Shown here: piece by piece, positions 60,594-64,000 of the stretch
Layout of the letters: each line of letters starts with the position of its first letter
How positions within the stretch are numbered: the stretch's first letter is position 1
The notes under the pieces: model-generated
Seen by the model: only the letters and a program-made list of their open reading frames with translations
The model's database searches: none
What the model was told of the DNA's origin: nothing
Assembly (NCBI GenBank): GCA_964016885.1
Contig: OZ024758.1
Span: 21,018,001 to 21,082,000 of the forward strand
From: Eledone cirrhosa
Taxonomy: Eukaryota
Direction: 5' to 3'
Length of the DNA: 64,000 bases
Position numbers and translations under genes: made by a program

Positions 60594-61217
60594 TACATAG
60601 CAATAACTATTTATATATCTATACATATATACATACACACACCTGTCTATCTATGTGTTTTTGTGTGTATGTATGTGTGTATATGTATGTGGGTCTGTAT
60701 GTGTGTATGTATGTGTGTGTGTATAACAAACAAATCTTTTAGAGTAATTGGATACGAAAATAGTCGGTATCTTCGTACCATATGAGATATTCGTCATTTA
60801 AACGTATAAATGGCACGTTAGTTAGTCTCGAAAAAGAATTACTACAACATACAATATACTTAAAGTTATCGTGTTAACTACTGCTATGTCAGAAGATATA
60901 GGATCGTCTGCCAAATGAACGGAATTATAAGCATTCTTAACTCTAGTATTCTATACCGGCTGTATACCACCAGAATTGATTCCCCTTTTGAAACCGGTCA
61001 TAACGAACAACTCATACCGACGTTAAGTTATCTTAAAATCAACATTAACATCAACATCAAAAATTCCGTTCACTCGAAATTATGCCTGATTATATGAGGT
61101 AAACGCTTTCCCATGAATATTCAATACTAAATATAGAGTTATTTAAATGCTAAAGGGTTAAATAAATATGTAAGATGGTGGATTGACAAAATTGATAGCG
61201 CGTTGGATGAAATAATT

Positions 61218-61388
61218 ATTTCTACTGTTGGCACAAGGCCAGCAATTATCCCAGTGTATTACTAGTACTTTATTTTATCAACCCCGTAAGGATGAAAAGC
61301 AAAGTTAACTTCGGCGGAATTAGAACTCAGAATGGCAAGAGCCGAAACTCTATGCGTCAAAGCTTGGCGTCCGACACTTCCAATTCAC
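61218..61388 (-). mobile_element. Meta-core tRNA SINE copy, nested in an older plus-strand SINE remnant
   Basis: Reverse-complement consensus. cgttggatgaaa is repeated on both sides. Confidence 0.75.
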
Positions 61389-61941
61389 CGTTGGATGAAA
61401 TGTGTGTGATTTACTCACGAATTTTACCGGGGTCAACTTTGTCTTGAATCCTTAAAATTAAGATGATACTGACATACTAGATTCAAGTTAATCGGCTTCC
61501 TCTCCTTGTATCTAAATTAGAGCTCATTAAATAAACATATATGTTAATTTCATTAAGTCGAGACACAAGTATTCTTAACTCCATTATAACAACAAATTGA
61601 CCACTATGGTAACTCAAAATGTGTTACATTGATTAGACGAATTGTTTTAGTAATAAGCATATTGATAAAATTAACCAGGTCGATACCATTCTACTTTTTC
61701 AATGACAAACTAAATATTTACTATAATCATTAGCAATGACATTTTATTTATAACGAATATATCTGTTATATTTCGGGAAAATATATATATTGTCATATAA
61801 ACATTGTAGTTCAAACGTATATTTATTTCAGACTTATGTTTGTAGAAATGGGTTTTGCCAAATTCCTAACAGCTGGAACCCGGATATTCTCCTTTATTAT
61901 TAGCAATCAATGTTATTGTTATTTTATCCCTAGAGTATCGA

Positions 61942-62272
61942 AGGCGCATGGCTTAGTGGTTAGAGCATTGGGCTTGCAATTGGGAGGTTGTGAGTTCGAT
62001 TATCGGACCGGATGATACGTTGTGTCCTTGAGAAAAACACTTTATTTCACATTGCTCCAGTTTACTCAGCTGTAGAAGTGAGTTATGACGTCACTGCTGC
62101 CAAGCTTTATCGGCCATTACCTTTCCCTTGGACAACATCAGTGGTGTGGAGAGGGGAGGCCGGTATGCATGGGCGACTGCTGGTCTTCCACAAAATAAAC
62201 CTTGCCCAGGCTTATGCCTTGGAGGGAAACATTCTAGGTGCAAAACCATGGTCATTCGTGACCGAGTGGGGC
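61942..62272 (+). mobile_element. tRNA-derived SINE with CORE-like domain
   Basis: A box TGGCTTAGTGG, B box GAGTTCGATT, then gttgtgtccttgag.aa..cacttt. Confidence 0.75.
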
Positions 62273-63177
62273 CAAAGCAAGAGTATCGAAAGAACGCAGA
62301 TGTGTTTGCTTATAATTGAGGTTGTCGTTAATGCGCAAGAAGGGTAATTTTTTCTTTGTAAACGGGGGAGACCAGCAATTTTCCACGCATGAATGTCACC
62401 TCTCTCCTAGTCAATAGCCGCTGTACTCAGAAGACAAAAAGGATCCCGCCTTAAATAGACAAGGGATACGTGAAGGAGCTAGAGAGTGAAAATGTAGTGA
62501 TAAAGACAGATATATCGTCATATATTTACAGAGAATAAGTGAAATAAACTGATGCACGTAGGTGGATATTTAGATCAGCAAATAGGTATAGAGAATGATA
62601 CAATGATAGATAAATGTCACGAGAATAACACCATGTGGGTATTTGTTTGGTGTGAAAACTGTTGATTTATTGTCAACGTCAATTTAATGAAAACAGAAGC
62701 AATAAAACCATCTCCCCAAAATGTTTATATGTTTAGTAATTTCCTTGTTATATGGGTGCAGAGATATCCGTATGTATATGTCCGCTTCTTTCTCTCAGCG
62801 TGTGTGTATCAATGTGTATGCCCATTTGTCATCTATTCTTTCTTTATGTGTATATTATAATAATTCTATGAGCATGGTGACACTATCTTCTCACTCCATA
62901 AATATGTCAGGCTATAAAATAATAGCATACATAATTGGAATTGAAATTGCTCATAACTGGAAGCAAAAATGTCTCTTCATTTTATACATTGTATCATGTA
63001 CAAAACAATAAAAAATATATATCTATCTGTCTAACCCTCTATATCTCTGTCTGTATATTACATTATATATATATTATATTATAAATATATATTATATATA
63101 ACCCACACACTCACATATAGTCACTCACACACACACGTATATATATATATATACACATAAATATGTATTATATATAC

Positions 63178-63209
<32 letters not shown>

Positions 63210-63210
63210 A

Positions 63211-63241
<31 letters not shown>

Positions 63242-63569
63242 GTATATATATGTGTTTGTGTGTGTGTATGTATGTATATATATATAATACATATATGTGT
63301 ATATATATACGTGTGTGTGTGAGTGACTATATGTGAGTGTGTGGGTTTGAGTGGGCGTATGTGTGCGAATATTTATGTGCCTTTGTGCTAATACAAATCT
63401 ATCTAGCAGTCTGTATATATATCCAGAAGCACACGTTATTGTCTGTCTTTCTGTGTCATTAATGCAATGATCATTTGAATTTAAACGTATTGAATGCAAT
63501 ATACGTAATTATTTAATACTGACGACAATTTCGAATTACATAGACAGGATTGGTGCAAATATAAATATT

Positions 63570-63753
63570 GTTTCTACATTAGGCACAAGGCCAGCAATTA
63601 CCCAGTGCATTACTGGTACTTTATTTTATCGACCCCGTAAGGATGAAAGGCAAAGTCAACCTCGGCGGGATTTGAACCCAGATCGTAAAGGGACGTAACT
63701 ATGCTGGAAAGCATGGAGTCCGACCCTCTACCGACACTGCCAATCCACCACCA
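63570..63753 (-). mobile_element. Young Meta-core SINE with 19-bp TSD
   Basis: TSD tggtgcaaatataaatatt at 63551-63569 and 63754-63772. Confidence 0.9.
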
Positions 63754-64000
63754 TGGTGCAAATATAAATATTATTAGATAAACATGTGTATCTACGTTTC
63801 CTCCAAAGATATATATTCGCTCCCAATATGTCTATATAGATTTGCTATGCTGCTATCAACTATCTAATTTTATCAGAAGATTATGGTTTTCTGAGGGATA
63901 CATCTTCGACATAGTAAAACCTTTATTTTGTTTATATTCCCTATCAAAATGATTTGCCCCAGTTACAAGTGTTCATCATTTTTTCATAATACATCTACGT

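Noticed and set aside
61942-62012. tRNA-like sequence
   Set aside because: It is a SINE head: the cloverleaf is imperfect and continues into a CORE-like domain and tail.

Overview
AT-rich eukaryotic non-coding DNA dense in (TA)n/(TG)n/(ATAC)n/(GATA)n microsatellites. The repeat complement looks cephalopod (Octopus-like); that assignment is an inference. No intact host gene is supported, and most ORFs in the track are microsatellite translations. Recognisable mobile elements: about 12 copies of a tRNA-derived SINE with a Meta-like core, one CORE-like SINE, a 5'-truncated R4/Dong non-LTR element inside (ATAC)n, RTE and Tx1-like LINE ends, Hsmar2-like mariner fragments, a non-autonomous Helitron, and a Penelope-like element (PLE) 3' end with a GIY-YIG remnant. 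Main signal: by reading both strands I found more than a dozen sequence-unrelated short elements embedded in (TA)n, each carrying a type I hammerhead ribozyme (HHR) motif. Most have a palindromic stem III, four families share the compensatory U3-A8 core, and others show U4 or U.U-closing variants. Many are arranged as partial tandems plus an inverted copy with both 3' ends facing outward into (TA)n, and one such pair encloses a copy of neighbouring genomic DNA. All folds were read by eye and coordinates are approximate.
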